A program made the translations under genes and the position numbers. The notes under the pieces were generated by a model. That model was given only the letters and a program-made list of their open reading frames with translations, was not told the origin of the DNA and did no database searches. DNA of 64,000 nucleotides from NCBI RefSeq assembly GCF_030028105.1, contig NC_092389.1, positions 19,641,180-19,705,179 of the forward strand, given 5' to 3'. Source of the DNA: Mobula birostris (lineage: Eukaryota). Each line of letters begins with the position of its first letter. Within the stretch, counting starts at the first letter, position 1. Positions 50,001 through 60,680 of this stretch are shown piece by piece.

Positions 50001-53000
50001 CTCTGCTCTCAAGGGAAAAGATTCTTGGTGGGTTTTTTTTGGAGTACATATTAGTAAATTGAATTCCATTTTATAAATCTCTACTTTCATAATTGCAATT
50101 ATGAAATACAATTGCCCAGAGCAATCTTTTCTTTTCAATTTTGTCCCTTGGATAAACATCTAAGTTAAAAATGTATCAGAAGTTGCTGCTTCAATTTCCT
50201 GTCAGTTACATTCTGTCTCTAACTCGCCATATGCAATTCTGTAAGGTTTTGTTGAAACGGCCTTTGTAACTCACATTTTTTCCCTTTTCCATTGTTCTGG
50301 TTGAGATGGTCCACAACCAGTCATGTATTACAGAAATTCTATTTTGGATCACTTCCAGCCACTACTTGAGGACATTATCTACATTGAACCCCAATCATAT
50401 CTTGAACTAAAATGCACCGCGGACAGTAATCCAGTATCCACAGTCATTTGGATGAAATCAGGGGGGCATACTGAAAGGATACAATTAGCCAATGGAGTAG
50501 GCAACTCAGTTTTACTAAACGAGAATACTGATGATTTCTACAGTGGAAAGTACATTTGCAGAGCATTCAATGCATTTGGTTCAAAAGAATATCCTCTGGC
50601 AATATATGTGATATCCGCTTGGAAAAGTAAGTACCATTATACCACCCAAAGTCTATTTTTTTCTGCTTTATTAATTCATAGAGCATAAGCACATGGAATC
50701 TGGATCCGGCACCAAGCTTGATCCCAGCAGCTCATAAATGGGAGAGGTTTGATAACATATAAAACCCATGCTCAAATGCGATAGAGATTGCAAAGGATCA
50801 TGGGAAAGTATTGTAGGAGCAGGAAGAGCAGAGCAATGACTGGAGGAGGTAGCCAGGATAGAAAACATAGAACATAGAATAGTACAGCACAGTACAGGCC
50901 CTTCGGCCCACAATGTTGTTCCGACCCTCAAACACTGCCTCCCATATAACCTCCCACCTTAAATTCCTCCATATACCCATCTAGTAGTCTCTTAAATTTC
51001 ACTAGTGTATCTGCCTCCACCACTGACTCAGGCAGTGCATTCCACGCACCAACCACTCTCTGAGTAAAAAACCTTCCTCTAATATCTCCCTTGAACTTCC
51101 CACCCCTTACCTTAAAGCCATGTCCTCTTGTATTGAGCAGTGGTGCCCTGGGGAAGAGGCACTGGCTGTCCACTCTATCTATTCCTCTTAATATCTTGTA
51201 CACCTCTATCATGTCTCCTCTCATCCTCCTTCTCTCCAAAGAGTAAAGCCCTAGCTCCCTTAATCGCTGATCATAATCCATACTCTCTAAACCAGGCAGC
51301 ATCCTGGTAAATCTCCTCTGTACCCTTTCCAATGCTTCCACATCCTTCCTATAGTGAGGCGACCAGAACTGGACACAATACTCCAAGTGCGGCCGAACCA
51401 GAGTTTTATGGAGCTGCATCATTACATCGCGACTCTTAAACACTATCCCTCGGCTTATGAAAGCTAACACCCCATAAGCTTTCTTATCTACCCTATCCAC
51501 CTGTGAGGTAACTTTCAGGGATCTGTGGACATGTACCCCCAGATCCCTCTGCTCCTCCACACTACCAAATATCCTGCTATTTGCTTTGTACTCTGCCTTG
51601 GAGTTTGTCCTTCCAAAGTGTACCACCTCACACTTCTCCGGGTTGAACTCCATCTGCCACTTCTCAGCCCACTTCTGCATTCTATCAATGTCTCTCTGCA
51701 ATCTTCGACAATCCCCTACACTATCTACAACACCACCAACCTTTGTGCCGTCTGCAAACTTGCCAACCCACCCTTCTACCCCCACATCCAGGTCATTAAT
51801 AAAAATCACGAAAAGTAGAGGTCCCAGAACCGATCCTTGTGGGACACCACTAGTCACAACCCTCCAATCCAAATGTACGCCCTCCACCACGACCCTCTGC
51901 CTTCTGCAGGCAAGCCAATTCTGAATCTACCTGGCCAAACTTCCCTGGATCCCATGCCTTCTGACTTTCTGAATAAGCCTACCGTGTGGAACCTTGTCAA
52001 ATGCCTTACTAAAATCCATATAGATCACATCCACTGCACTGCCCTTAACTATATGCCTGGTCACCTCCTCAAAGAACTCTATCAGGCTTGTTAGACACGA
52101 TCTGCCGTTCACAAAGCCATGCTGACTGTCCCTGATCAGACCATGATTCTCTAAATGCCCAGAGATCCTATCTCTAAGAATCTTTTCCAACAGCTTTCCT
52201 ACCACAGACGTAAGGCTCACTGGTCTATAATTACCCGGAATATCCCTACTACCTTTTTTGAACAAGGGGACAACATTCACCTCCCTCCAGTCCTCCGGTA
52301 CCATTCCCATAGAAGGAGCAGTTTGTTGGACTAGGGGTGAGACTGATTATCTAATCGCTGAGCAGATTATCTGGGAGGTGCAGGCAAATAACCGAGAAGG
52401 ATTAGCACGGTTGTGTTGGGCAGATAATCAGCATGTTTGGGTAGATGAATAGGATGATGAGGTCAGACATATGTTTGGGTATGGGGCTAATAATGAGGCA
52501 GGAAAGATATGTACAAGTCAGATGTTTGCTGGAGATAGCGAAGTAGATTGTGGTGTGGCTTGGGAATTTAGCACGGGGCTAATCATTATAAAGAACAGTT
52601 AAATATGACACAAACCTTGCAGAAGTGGACTGTTGGACTCTGCAGTGACGTCCTATGGATGGACGAGCCTTAAAACTAACCCCAAAGGAGGTCTCCGATT
52701 AAGATATGCTTCAGTGTTTTTACGGGCCTCGAGAGCGTGGAAGAAACTCCCATGAGTAGTGTCAAATAATCACAGGATGTTTGACATTACTACAGCACCA
52801 GGAACCAGAAATGGCAGAAATTTCTGGAACAAAACTGGCCCAGGAACCTCTGTCCCAAAATAAAAAAAGACAAACCTCCACATCAAATGATTGTACTACA
52901 TGAGACAAGAGTAAGTAATATAAAGCAGCTTAAAAATATATCATTTCTTCAAATTACATAATTAAATTAGCAATTGGTAAAATATAATTTTATCTATATT

Positions 53001-56000
53001 ACTATTTAGAATAGTCTAGGGAGCCGAAGTACTAATATCACATTTCTAAGACATTGTAATTTGTTGAAATATGGGCTGGTAGTTTCCTACCTTGTACAAT
53101 AGCTTGGAAAATCCACAACAGCTTAAATGAGAAAATGCAAAAGAATTTACAATTCATAATATTACCAAGATGCTGAGTCAGTATATGAGTTACTATACCA
53201 GGAAGGCGATTTATCTAATATTTGTCAGCATTCTTAGATATTGAAGTAGATAATGATCTGTATGAGCAGTATGCACTGTACTTCAGTAATAATAAACCAA
53301 ATCCAATTCAAATTCCAATTCCAAACATTTTTTTCTTCCTGCTACACAGGATATTTCACTCACCGATTTGTAACGGTGCCAATCTTTGTGATGACTGTCG
53401 TTTTGTTACTGCTCTGGAGCAATAAAGGTAAATTAGATAGATTTAGATTAGATTAGATTATGAGGACACACAGTCCTCTTTTATTGTCATTTAGTAATGC
53501 ATGCATTAAGAAATGATACAATGTTTTTCCAGAATGATATCACAGAAACACATGACAAACCAAGACTGAAAAACTGACAAAAAACACATAATTATAACAT
53601 ATAGTTACAACAGTGCAAAGCAATACTGTAATTTGATAAGAACAGACCATGGGCACGGTAAAAGTCTCAAAGTCTCTCGAAAGTCCCATCATCTCACGCA
53701 GACGGTAAACCTCCAGTGCTGCAAACTTGCCGGTGCGGCATACTAGAAGCATCCGACCACAGTCCGACTCTGAGTCCATCCGAAAACTCCAAGCCTCCGA
53801 CCAGCTCTCCGACACCAAGCACCGAGCACCATCTCTGCCGAGCGCTTCGAACTTGGCCCCGGCAACAGGCAATACGCAAAGCCGAGGATTTGGGGCCTTC
53901 CCCTCCGGAGAATCTCGATCGCACAGTAGCAGCAGCAGCGAAGCGGGCATTTCAGAAGTTTCTCCAGATGTTCCTCCACGCTTCTCATAGCTGTCTCCGT
54001 CAAATCAGGATTGTGCACGGCCCCCTAGTTAACACGAATCGATATCAATTTGGAACGGCCGCGCACGCTGCGTCACACCGCCATCTTATCCTCCCTCTTC
54101 TACTTACTGGAATTCAGAAGAATGAGAGGGATCTCATTGAAAGCTATTGAATGTTGAAAGGCATTGATAGAGTGGATGCGGGGAGGATATTTCCAATGGT
54201 GGGGGAGTCAAAGAGACCACAGCCTCAGAATACAGGTACAGGCATTTAGAACAAAGATGGGGAGGAATTCCTTTCGCTGGAGAGTGGTGAATCTATGGAA
54301 TTCATTGCCACAGGCAGCTGCGGAGGCCAAGTCATTGGGTATATTTAAGGCAGAGGTTGATATATTCTTGACTGATCAGGGCATGAAGGAATACGGGGAG
54401 AAGGCAGGAGATTGGGGCTGAGAGGGAAATGAATCAGCCATGGTGAAATGGCGGAGCAGGCTTGATGGGCCAAATGGCCTAATTCTGCTCCTTTACATTA
54501 TGGTCTTATGGTCTTAAATGATGAAAGAACAAATATGAAGTGGAAGTTTCAATAGGCATTAATGCTCATCACCTGATATGAGTATGTATTTATGTAGGTG
54601 AATTTGGATGGATAAAATAACTCAAGGCACCAAACCTACATGATAATGTATTTCTTCAATGGTCGATTATAGGAAGTGATGGTCAACACCATTATGACAC
54701 TTGTGTAGAATAGTTGCAGGACGCAGTAACTGAAAGGTCAGGGACGTCAAATTGGTGGGTGAGCATTCTATTCACTATTGAATTGTTGAGTCAAATCAAA
54801 TGATAACTTGAAAAGTTGATAGTAAAGTTAAACATTAATTTCAAAAATGCTGTACACCATAGGTTTATTTTTAAATGCAGTAGGAAAAGTTGATTGAGAA
54901 AACTAAAGTATATCATCAAGTCATCTTGGAGGGGTATAGGGGTTTCAAGAGTGGATAGAAATTGACAAGCAGTAACTTGGAAAGGCATGCTAGCATATAA
55001 ATGTTACATTATGGTTAATATCACATTTCAGTAACCTCTCCAGGAAACAATAGATAATATTAATGTATATAATAAATATATGCCATCTGGAATATGTAGA
55101 TCCTGTGACAAAGACAAATGCCTAAAAAATATCTCAGGTGAAATTAAGCCTAATTTCTCACTCTCATGTAAAATTTTCTCCTTCGTTATTGAACCACTCT
55201 GATGGATAAAGCGCTCTGTAAAATGAATTCTTATGTTAAAAAATCAGTAATAAAATAGTAGCAGTTGGCTGGATTGCAGAGACCAAGCAATCTGGGGCGG
55301 TGTTGTTACAATGTAAAGAAAATGCATCAAGCATTAGCATCCATGAGTGTTCCATGAGATGAAAATCTGTATTTTTATGAAGTTACTGCCAGATTCCACA
55401 TAATAAGAGTTGCATTACAGAATTGTCTTAATAGCGTACAATTCTTTTTTATTTCACAGATCGATACTTCTTGTGCAATAGGAGGTAAGTCCCAAAATAG
55501 CCCATTACCCTTTGCATACACATGGAACAGAAACAATTATCTCTGATATTATGCATTAGGTAATAAGCACATGAGGAACAGTTCACAGCCTTTAGTGACT
55601 GCAGTGTTGAGCTGAGGAATTTCTAAACTCAGACTCTGAATGACTAATGTACTTTAACGTTCGACAGCAGGGCTTGGATAAACCACAGGAGAGGGAAGCC
55701 TAGTGACACCAGCCGGCGGGCATGGCATCAGTTCAGACTGGAATTAAGGAAGGTTTAGATTAAAGATTTGTCAGACTATGGAGTAAAATCCACAGAGGCA
55801 GGTGCAGTTAACAGGTCAAACATTTTGTAATCTTTATAATGCATAGAAGATGGAATTCAGATTGCATGCCAAAGTTGCAAACAGTCACATCCAAGCTGCT
55901 CATAAAGAACATCAGGATTTGAAACCGGAAATGGCCGTTCACCACTTGTGCTTCCTCATCTCTTCGATAAGATTATGACTGAACTTCTACCTCAAATCCA

Positions 56001-58927
56001 AATCCTGCACTAACCCTATATACCTTTATCCTCCTATTATCCAAAATACTATCCATCTCTGTCTTGAATATACTGAGATTCCAAAGAATCTGTCTTTGGA
56101 ATGAAGAAATACCTTCTCATCACAGAAAGGCCAAGTCTCCATTCTGCGAATGAGATCCTTGGTTCTGAATACTCAGGCTATGGGAAATATTAACTTCACA
56201 TTCTGATATGAATTTTGAATGAAATCACAATGATATAATATAATAAGCACAGTTCCAATCTGCTTCACCTATCTTCAAATGACAATTTCACCATTCCAGG
56301 AATCAACTGCACTCTCTTCATCACAAGTATATCCGTTCTAAAATTTGAAAACTAATATTCCAAATGTATCTGTTTTTCACTCAAATTTTGTTGCAATAAA
56401 TGGCAACTTACAGGCAGGTCCTAAGGGGCACCACGATAGAGTAGCAGTCAGCTTGACGGTAATACAGCTCTGGATTTCTGAGGTTTGGAGTTCAATTCTG
56501 GTGCCTTTCTGTAAGGAGTCTCTGTATCCTTCCCCATGGAATGCTTGGGTTTTCATCCAGGTGCACTGATTTCCACCCACCGTCCAAAGACGTACCAGGT
56601 AGGTTAATTGGTCATTATAAATTGTCCCCTGATTAGGTTAGGGTTAATTGGATTTGTTAGGGTTGCTGGGGTGGTGTGGTTCGAAGAGCTGGAAGGGTCT
56701 ACTCCATGCTGTATCACTAAATAAATTAAACAAAATAAATAAATGCTGTACCTACATTTAACTTTCTGTGACGCATGTATGTATGAGCCCAGCCAGTCTC
56801 TCTGCGACAGTCGAGGGTAAGCTGAGGATAAAATGGCCAGTGACACGTGCCAGGTAAGCAGAATGATAAAATGGAAGCAGTAAAGCTCATCAGCTTTGTG
56901 TCGCTCCTGTATCTCGGAAGGTTGACTGCAGGTCTTCCCATTGTGTTGCAGGTGAAAAGGAGGAGTGTCCTAAATAGATTCCAAGATGCCTCTGGAAAGA
57001 ATTATTCCAGAGATTAGACTCTAGTCTCTAAAGAAAGGTTACAACAAGGATAAAGGCCATTAAATTTACTTGAGTCTGTGTCAATTGTGTGGAAGAACAA
57101 TCCAGTTAGCTGCAATCACTCGCTCTCTTCAAACTATCCTGCAATTTTTTTTTTTATTTTCATGGAGTTACCCAGTTCCCTTTTCAACACCATGAGATCT
57201 CACTATAGTATCTTCACCACCACCGCTCACTTCTGTCCCAGCCATGTGTTCCAGTTCCCAACCATTTTCTGCTTAAAAGTATTTTTCACTCATGTCACTT
57301 TTGGAACTTGAGCCAGCCATCTTCATTATGTGTCCTCTAGTTCTTGGCTTTTCTCCTCCCAGGACATTTTCTCTCCATCTACTTTTGTCTATCTTTAATG
57401 GCTTCTAATCTGCGTTCCTCTCCCACCCACTATTCTACGCTGTGATCTCCACTTGTCAAAGAAAAAGAACCTCAGCTTCTCCAGTCTCATCACATAAAGT
57501 CACTCGTTTATAGAAACACTTTGCTCTAATCTCTTACTCTCGCCTGAAAGACTTCATATATTTCCTTCTGAATGGTGTCTGGTAGTGGACAGAAGGCTAC
57601 ACATGTGACTAAGTTTTATCAAGGTTCACCATGACTTTTTTCAATGGTCGATGTGCATACTACCAAAGCTCTCCTATCATACACATCTTTAGGAATTTTT
57701 AATCACTTTTCCTTGCTCTTTACTAAAATGTAGCACATCATTTTTGACTGCATTAAAGTTCAGTAGCCATACTGAGCACACATTCCACCAGCTCACCTAT
57801 ACCTCCTTGAGGTCTATGACTATCATTGCCACAATTCTCAACATCTCCAAATTTTGTATCAATTACTGATTTGGAAACTGTGCCCTGTGGACCCAAGTCC
57901 AAGGCATTCATTTTTACATTAAAAAAAGTGCAGTGGTCCATAGTACTGACTCTCATGGACACATCCACTGATCTGAGAAATAATCTAGTGAAAACAATTT
58001 TGGAGGGCACAGTAAAAAACACAGATATAAGAAACAATTATCTTGTTCCAAACTAGCAACATTCATATCATGCTGGAGGAACTCAATGGGTCAGGCAACA
58101 TCTATGGAAGGAAATGGAGAGTTAATATTTTGGGTCAAACCCCTTCATTCAGGCTCTAAACCCAAAATGTTGAGTCTCTAATTCCCTCCATAAATTCTGC
58201 TTGATCTGCTACATTCCCCTAACACCCTGCGTGTTGCTCCAGATTCCAACATTGGCAGTTTCTTACATCATCATCATCCATATCATTCTCATCAGATGAC
58301 AGGCCATTCAGCTTTTAGTAACCTGACTATTTGGTAAGTAAATCACAGAACAATAATGGTTACAAAAACAAACTATCCAAGATATTGGAAAACTGAAATG
58401 TAAATATAAAAAAACTGGGAATATTAGAGGTCAGCAACAGCTGTTGAAACAGAAACATTTAATTTACATTGATGACCTACCACTAAAACCTGATCAAATA
58501 GTTAACCAACTTTTTCAGAGAGCATAATCTTACAATATCTTGTTTTCAGATATTGTCACACATTTGTCACCTTTATATTTGAAACCTCATTGAACTCTGA
58601 GCAGAATTGGCTGCCAATCATTGGTGAATAACCCAAAGTTTATTCAGTAAACAGTAAATGAATTGGGCAGAATAAAGATATCAGTCATTGTGTGTTTGAG
58701 GAAGAAGCTGAGATGATAGATTAAATTATATGCTTGCTCTGGACTTCCTCAGTGGTTCCTAAATGAGCATTACAGAAGAATTATGGAAATCATTCTTCAT
58801 TGATTTGTTGATCTTCTTTCTCATTAGGAATACAAAACAACTCAAGAACCAACGTCAATGGATTAAAGACGACACCTATGAAGATGTTGATAATCAAGAG
58901 GACAGGATAATGACCTCTGAATTCTGA
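21840..58927 (+). CDS. Spliced gene model (7 coding exons): Ig-superfamily type I membrane receptor, leader-VJ-C1-C2/I-TM-Tyr tail, about 426 aa
   Basis: Exons 21840-21921, 38308-38655, 47320-47646, 50306-50626, 53350-53427, 55460-55484, 58828-58927 join in frame (junction phases 1,1,1,1,1,2) with GT-AG sites. They total 1281 nt and end in TGA at 58925-58927 with no internal stop. The leader exon is the least certain part. Confidence 0.85.
23260..24510 (+). mobile_element. CR1-type LINE nested in the chromovirus
   Basis: ORFs with [33 protein letters not shown] and FADDTK. Confidence 0.85.
25941..26012. repeat. Compound microsatellite (TC)10(AC)n
   Basis: Read directly from the sequence. 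Confidence 0.95.
28775..30790 (-). mobile_element. CR1-type LINE(s), degenerate
   Basis: ORFs 28845-29153, 29213-29455, 29564-29824 and 29951-30247 carry CR1 RT and C-terminal motifs. Confidence 0.85.
31300..32400 (-). mobile_element. CR1-type LINE fragment
   Basis: ORF 31501-31803 [30 protein letters not shown]. Confidence 0.8.
32500..36480 (+). mobile_element. CR1-type LINE 3' half, split by the HERO insertion
   Basis: [12 protein letters not shown] before the insertion; [17 protein letters not shown] after 35884. Confidence 0.75.
32925..35770 (-). mobile_element. HERO-clade non-LTR retrotransposon (RT + CCHC + restriction-like endonuclease), 5'-truncated
   Basis: ORFs 34997-35698, 33821-34990 and 33203-33817: [23 protein letters not shown](N)[33 protein letters not shown]. 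Confidence 0.85.
36500..37810 (+). mobile_element. Penelope-like element 3' part (GIY-YIG + terminal repeat)
   Basis: ORF 36608-37429 [30 protein letters not shown]; terminal repeat with a hammerhead-like motif. Confidence 0.88.
37695..37730 (+). ncRNA. Degenerate hammerhead motif at the 3' end of a Penelope element
   Basis: AGTC-CTGACGA-AGGGTTCCGGCCC-GAAAC-ATT-GACT; GTC is replaced by ATT, which breaks stem III. Confidence 0.5.
38308..38655 (+). CDS. Exon: V-set Ig domain with J-like G strand (NKp30/NCR3-like VJ domain)
   Basis: Acceptor ttctttcccatcag and donor G|gtaaac, phase 1-1. Motifs VNQP..G.SVTLNC, FWYR, ASLKV, YSC and RGQGTLLQV. Confidence 0.93.
38806..39108 (-). mobile_element. 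tRNA-derived CORE-like SINE
   Basis: Reverse complement: A box TGGCCAAGTGG, B box GTTCGAGCC, core tgtccttgagcaaggcacttaacc. Confidence 0.75.
39180..40075. mobile_element. Adjacent Rex1-type (-) and CR1 (+) fragments
   Basis: ORF 39190-39474 [15 protein letters not shown]; NYRPV and DSQHG motifs at 39940-40050. Confidence 0.6.
40143..40818 (+). mobile_element. GC-rich non-autonomous retroposon starting AAGATGGCGG and ending AATAAA plus an (ATCTA)n tail
   Basis: Second full copy on the - strand at 53434-54087. Confidence 0.75.
40850..41810 (-). mobile_element. Rex1/Babar-type LINE, degenerate
   Basis: [17 protein letters not shown] and [13 protein letters not shown] motifs. Confidence 0.75.
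42682..42717 (-). ncRNA. Minimal type I hammerhead ribozyme motif (inverted copy)
   Basis: Reverse complement reads AGTC-CTGACGA-AGGgtctcggCCT-GAAAC-GTC-GACT. Confidence 0.75.
43779..43814 (+). ncRNA. Minimal type I hammerhead ribozyme motif in a Penelope terminal repeat
   Basis: AGTC-CTGACGA-AGGgtcttggCCT-GAAAC-GTC-GACT: stem I AGTC/GACT, CUGANGA core, stem II AGG/CCT, GAAA, palindromic ACGU stem III, GUC cleavage triplet. Confidence 0.75.
44248..45510 (+). mobile_element. Rex1/Babar-type LINE, 5'-truncated
   Basis: ORF 44502-44951 [26 protein letters not shown]; flanking AGAAC at 44243-44247 and 45506-45510. Confidence 0.88.
47320..47646 (+). CDS. Exon: C1-set Ig domain
   Basis: Acceptor tttattacag and donor T|gtaagt, phase 1-1. 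Motifs [25 protein letters not shown] and TCQVLH. Confidence 0.93.
47825..49235 (-). mobile_element. Two CR1-type LINE 3' ends
   Basis: ORFs 47828-48082 and 48547-48990 with [14 protein letters not shown]-type C-termini. Confidence 0.8.
50306..50626 (+). CDS. Exon: C2/I-set Ig domain (Siglec/CD22/CEACAM-like)
   Basis: Motifs [14 protein letters not shown] and [12 protein letters not shown]; donor A|gtaagt. The acceptor ttgag at 50305 gives the junction NVN-Y-GP; an alternative in-frame cag ends at 50320. Confidence 0.88.
50862..52310 (-). mobile_element. CR1-type LINE, well preserved 3' 1.4 kb
   Basis: 320-aa ORF 50928-51890 [23 protein letters not shown]; ORF 51927-52310 [20 protein letters not shown]. 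Confidence 0.92.
53350..53427 (+). CDS. Exon: transmembrane segment (R)[25 protein letters not shown]
   Basis: Pyrimidine tract plus cacag acceptor, donor G|gtaaat, phase 1-1, 17-residue hydrophobic run. Confidence 0.85.
53434..54087 (-). mobile_element. Second copy of the AAGATGGCGG-headed retroposon, inserted beside the TM-exon donor
   Basis: ccgccatctt at 54078-54087; (tagat)n tail at 53434-53460. Confidence 0.75.
54110..54520 (+). mobile_element. CR1-type LINE 3' end
   Basis: ORF 54164-54421 [19 protein letters not shown]. Confidence 0.8.
55460..55484 (+). CDS. 25-nt cytoplasmic micro-exon (D)RYFLCNR(R)
   Basis: Acceptor ttttttatttcacag and donor AG|gtaagt. It converts phase 1 to phase 2, exactly as the last exon requires. 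Confidence 0.8.
56425..56740 (+). mobile_element. tRNA-derived V-SINE-like element
   Basis: Homologous to 20517-20805; B-box-like GTTCAATTC. Confidence 0.6.
58828..58927 (+). CDS. Terminal coding exon: [32 protein letters not shown]-stop
   Basis: Acceptor tcttctttctcattag, phase 2, open to TGA at 58925-58927, contains an acidic Tyr motif. Confidence 0.8.
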
Positions 58928-59225
58928 GTATATAATGGCTTTACAGAGAACCATTTAGATTTTTTTTTGTTAAGCTTTCTTGCAGAACCCCAGTTTCCTG
59001 GTGTTTCTCTTTAAAGAAGCCAGCTTTTTTATGGGACAAAAGGATTTCACCTTTTTCTGCTAATATAAATTTTTCATCCACCCCAATATTTCTGGCAAAA
59101 CAATGTTCTCTTCCACAGTATCTTTTCATGAAGATGGATTCTTAGCTGAAAGGTACAAAAATAATGTTTTATTTTTCCTCAATAGATTCTGCTAATTTAC
59201 TTCAGTTCATATCTAGAGCCCCAAA

Positions 59226-59231
59226 AATAAA
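59226..59231 (+). terminator. Candidate polyadenylation signal AATAAA
   Basis: AATAAA about 300 nt downstream of the stop codon. Confidence 0.35.
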
Positions 59232-59989
59232 ATCTAGAGAGGCATGGGATCTAAATGAGGTAACATCTACTTAAGGTATCCGATTAAGTTGTCCACGCAA
59301 TACAGCTTCAGACTTGATCTCCAAAATTTACCTTTGTACACTTGTTTCACCATTTATTCATGACTACTATTCTCCCTTCTGAGCCCCCCCCCCCACTTGA
59401 CCCATGCAAAGAAGATGGTTCCAGTGTGCGTGACTTCTAACTACTGGAAGAGATTGCAAAAGCTAACAAACTCCTTTTGCATTCAACATCCTATGGTTGT
59501 CTGCTGTGATTAAGGAAAACATGTATCTAATTTGACTTTGTTTCCAGGTTACTCCTTCAGATAGACTTGCTACAGTACATTAGTAATCCTGAAGCTGTTA
59601 AAAACAAAGTGGGCTGTGGTGCTGAGTAACATGGCCAATAATCTCCCTATCAGTTTGCGAAGCAAAGTGATGAAATTAGTAACCTAAAACATTGTTAAGA
59701 GCCAAGAATTCAATAATAATCTGCTTTTGTTGTTTTGTTTGTTTTTGAACAAAATGCTTAGCTCTAAACATTACAATATTGATCTAATGCAGACGTGAAA
59801 CTTAGAAGTGCAAATGTACAGTATGACCAAGTATGGCATCACAGTGAAATTGGTTACTGATTATCAGGAGAAGCTCTGTTGTAGCTAGGGTCACCTCTGA
59901 CAAGAAGGAGGACGTAGCAGGGCAGTCATCTCTCTTCAGAACCAGAGAGGAAGGAACTCATTCATGATATGCTGATGCATGACTGCATT

Positions 59990-60680
59990 TCTAGATGCAG
60001 TTCAAAAGTTTGCTGATAACACGACAGTGGTTAGCCTCATCAACAATAATGACAGGACAGCATTCGGAGAGGAGGTAGAGTGTCTGGTACAATGATGCGA
60101 GAACAACTTGAGCCTCAACATGGACAAAACCAACAAGATGATTGTGGACTTCAGGAAGATGCAGGCTGACCACTCCTCACTGCACATACACAGCTCCTAC
60201 ATGGAGAGAGCTAGGAACACCAAGTTTCTGGGAGTGCACATAACAAATGATCTCACCTGGTCCCTCAACACCACCTCTTTGGTCAAAAAGGCATAGCAGC
60301 ATCTCTGCCTCCTGAGGAGATTGAAGTGAGTGAGGTTCACAATGCACCACCCCTCCCCATTTTAACCAATTCTTACAAGAAAGCCATCCCAACCAGCTGC
60401 ATCACCATCTGGTACAGGAATTGCAAGGCATCTGACTGCAAATCCTGACACAGGATTGTGAGGACAGCTTCAACCCATTAGAGATATTTATCAGGAGTGC
60501 TGCATACACAGGATCATTAGAATTTTCAGTGATCTCTCCCATCCGTCCAGCAATCACTTTGACTCCCTACCATCAGGCAGGAGGTACTGTAGCATTAAGA
60601 CACGAATTGTTAGCATGGAAAACAGCTTCCTCCCCCCAGGCCAAAAGGCCTCTGAGCTCCCTGTCACCACCCAGGTCTCA
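59990..60680 (+). mobile_element. Rex1/Babar-type LINE, degenerate
   Basis: [37 protein letters not shown]. Confidence 0.75.
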
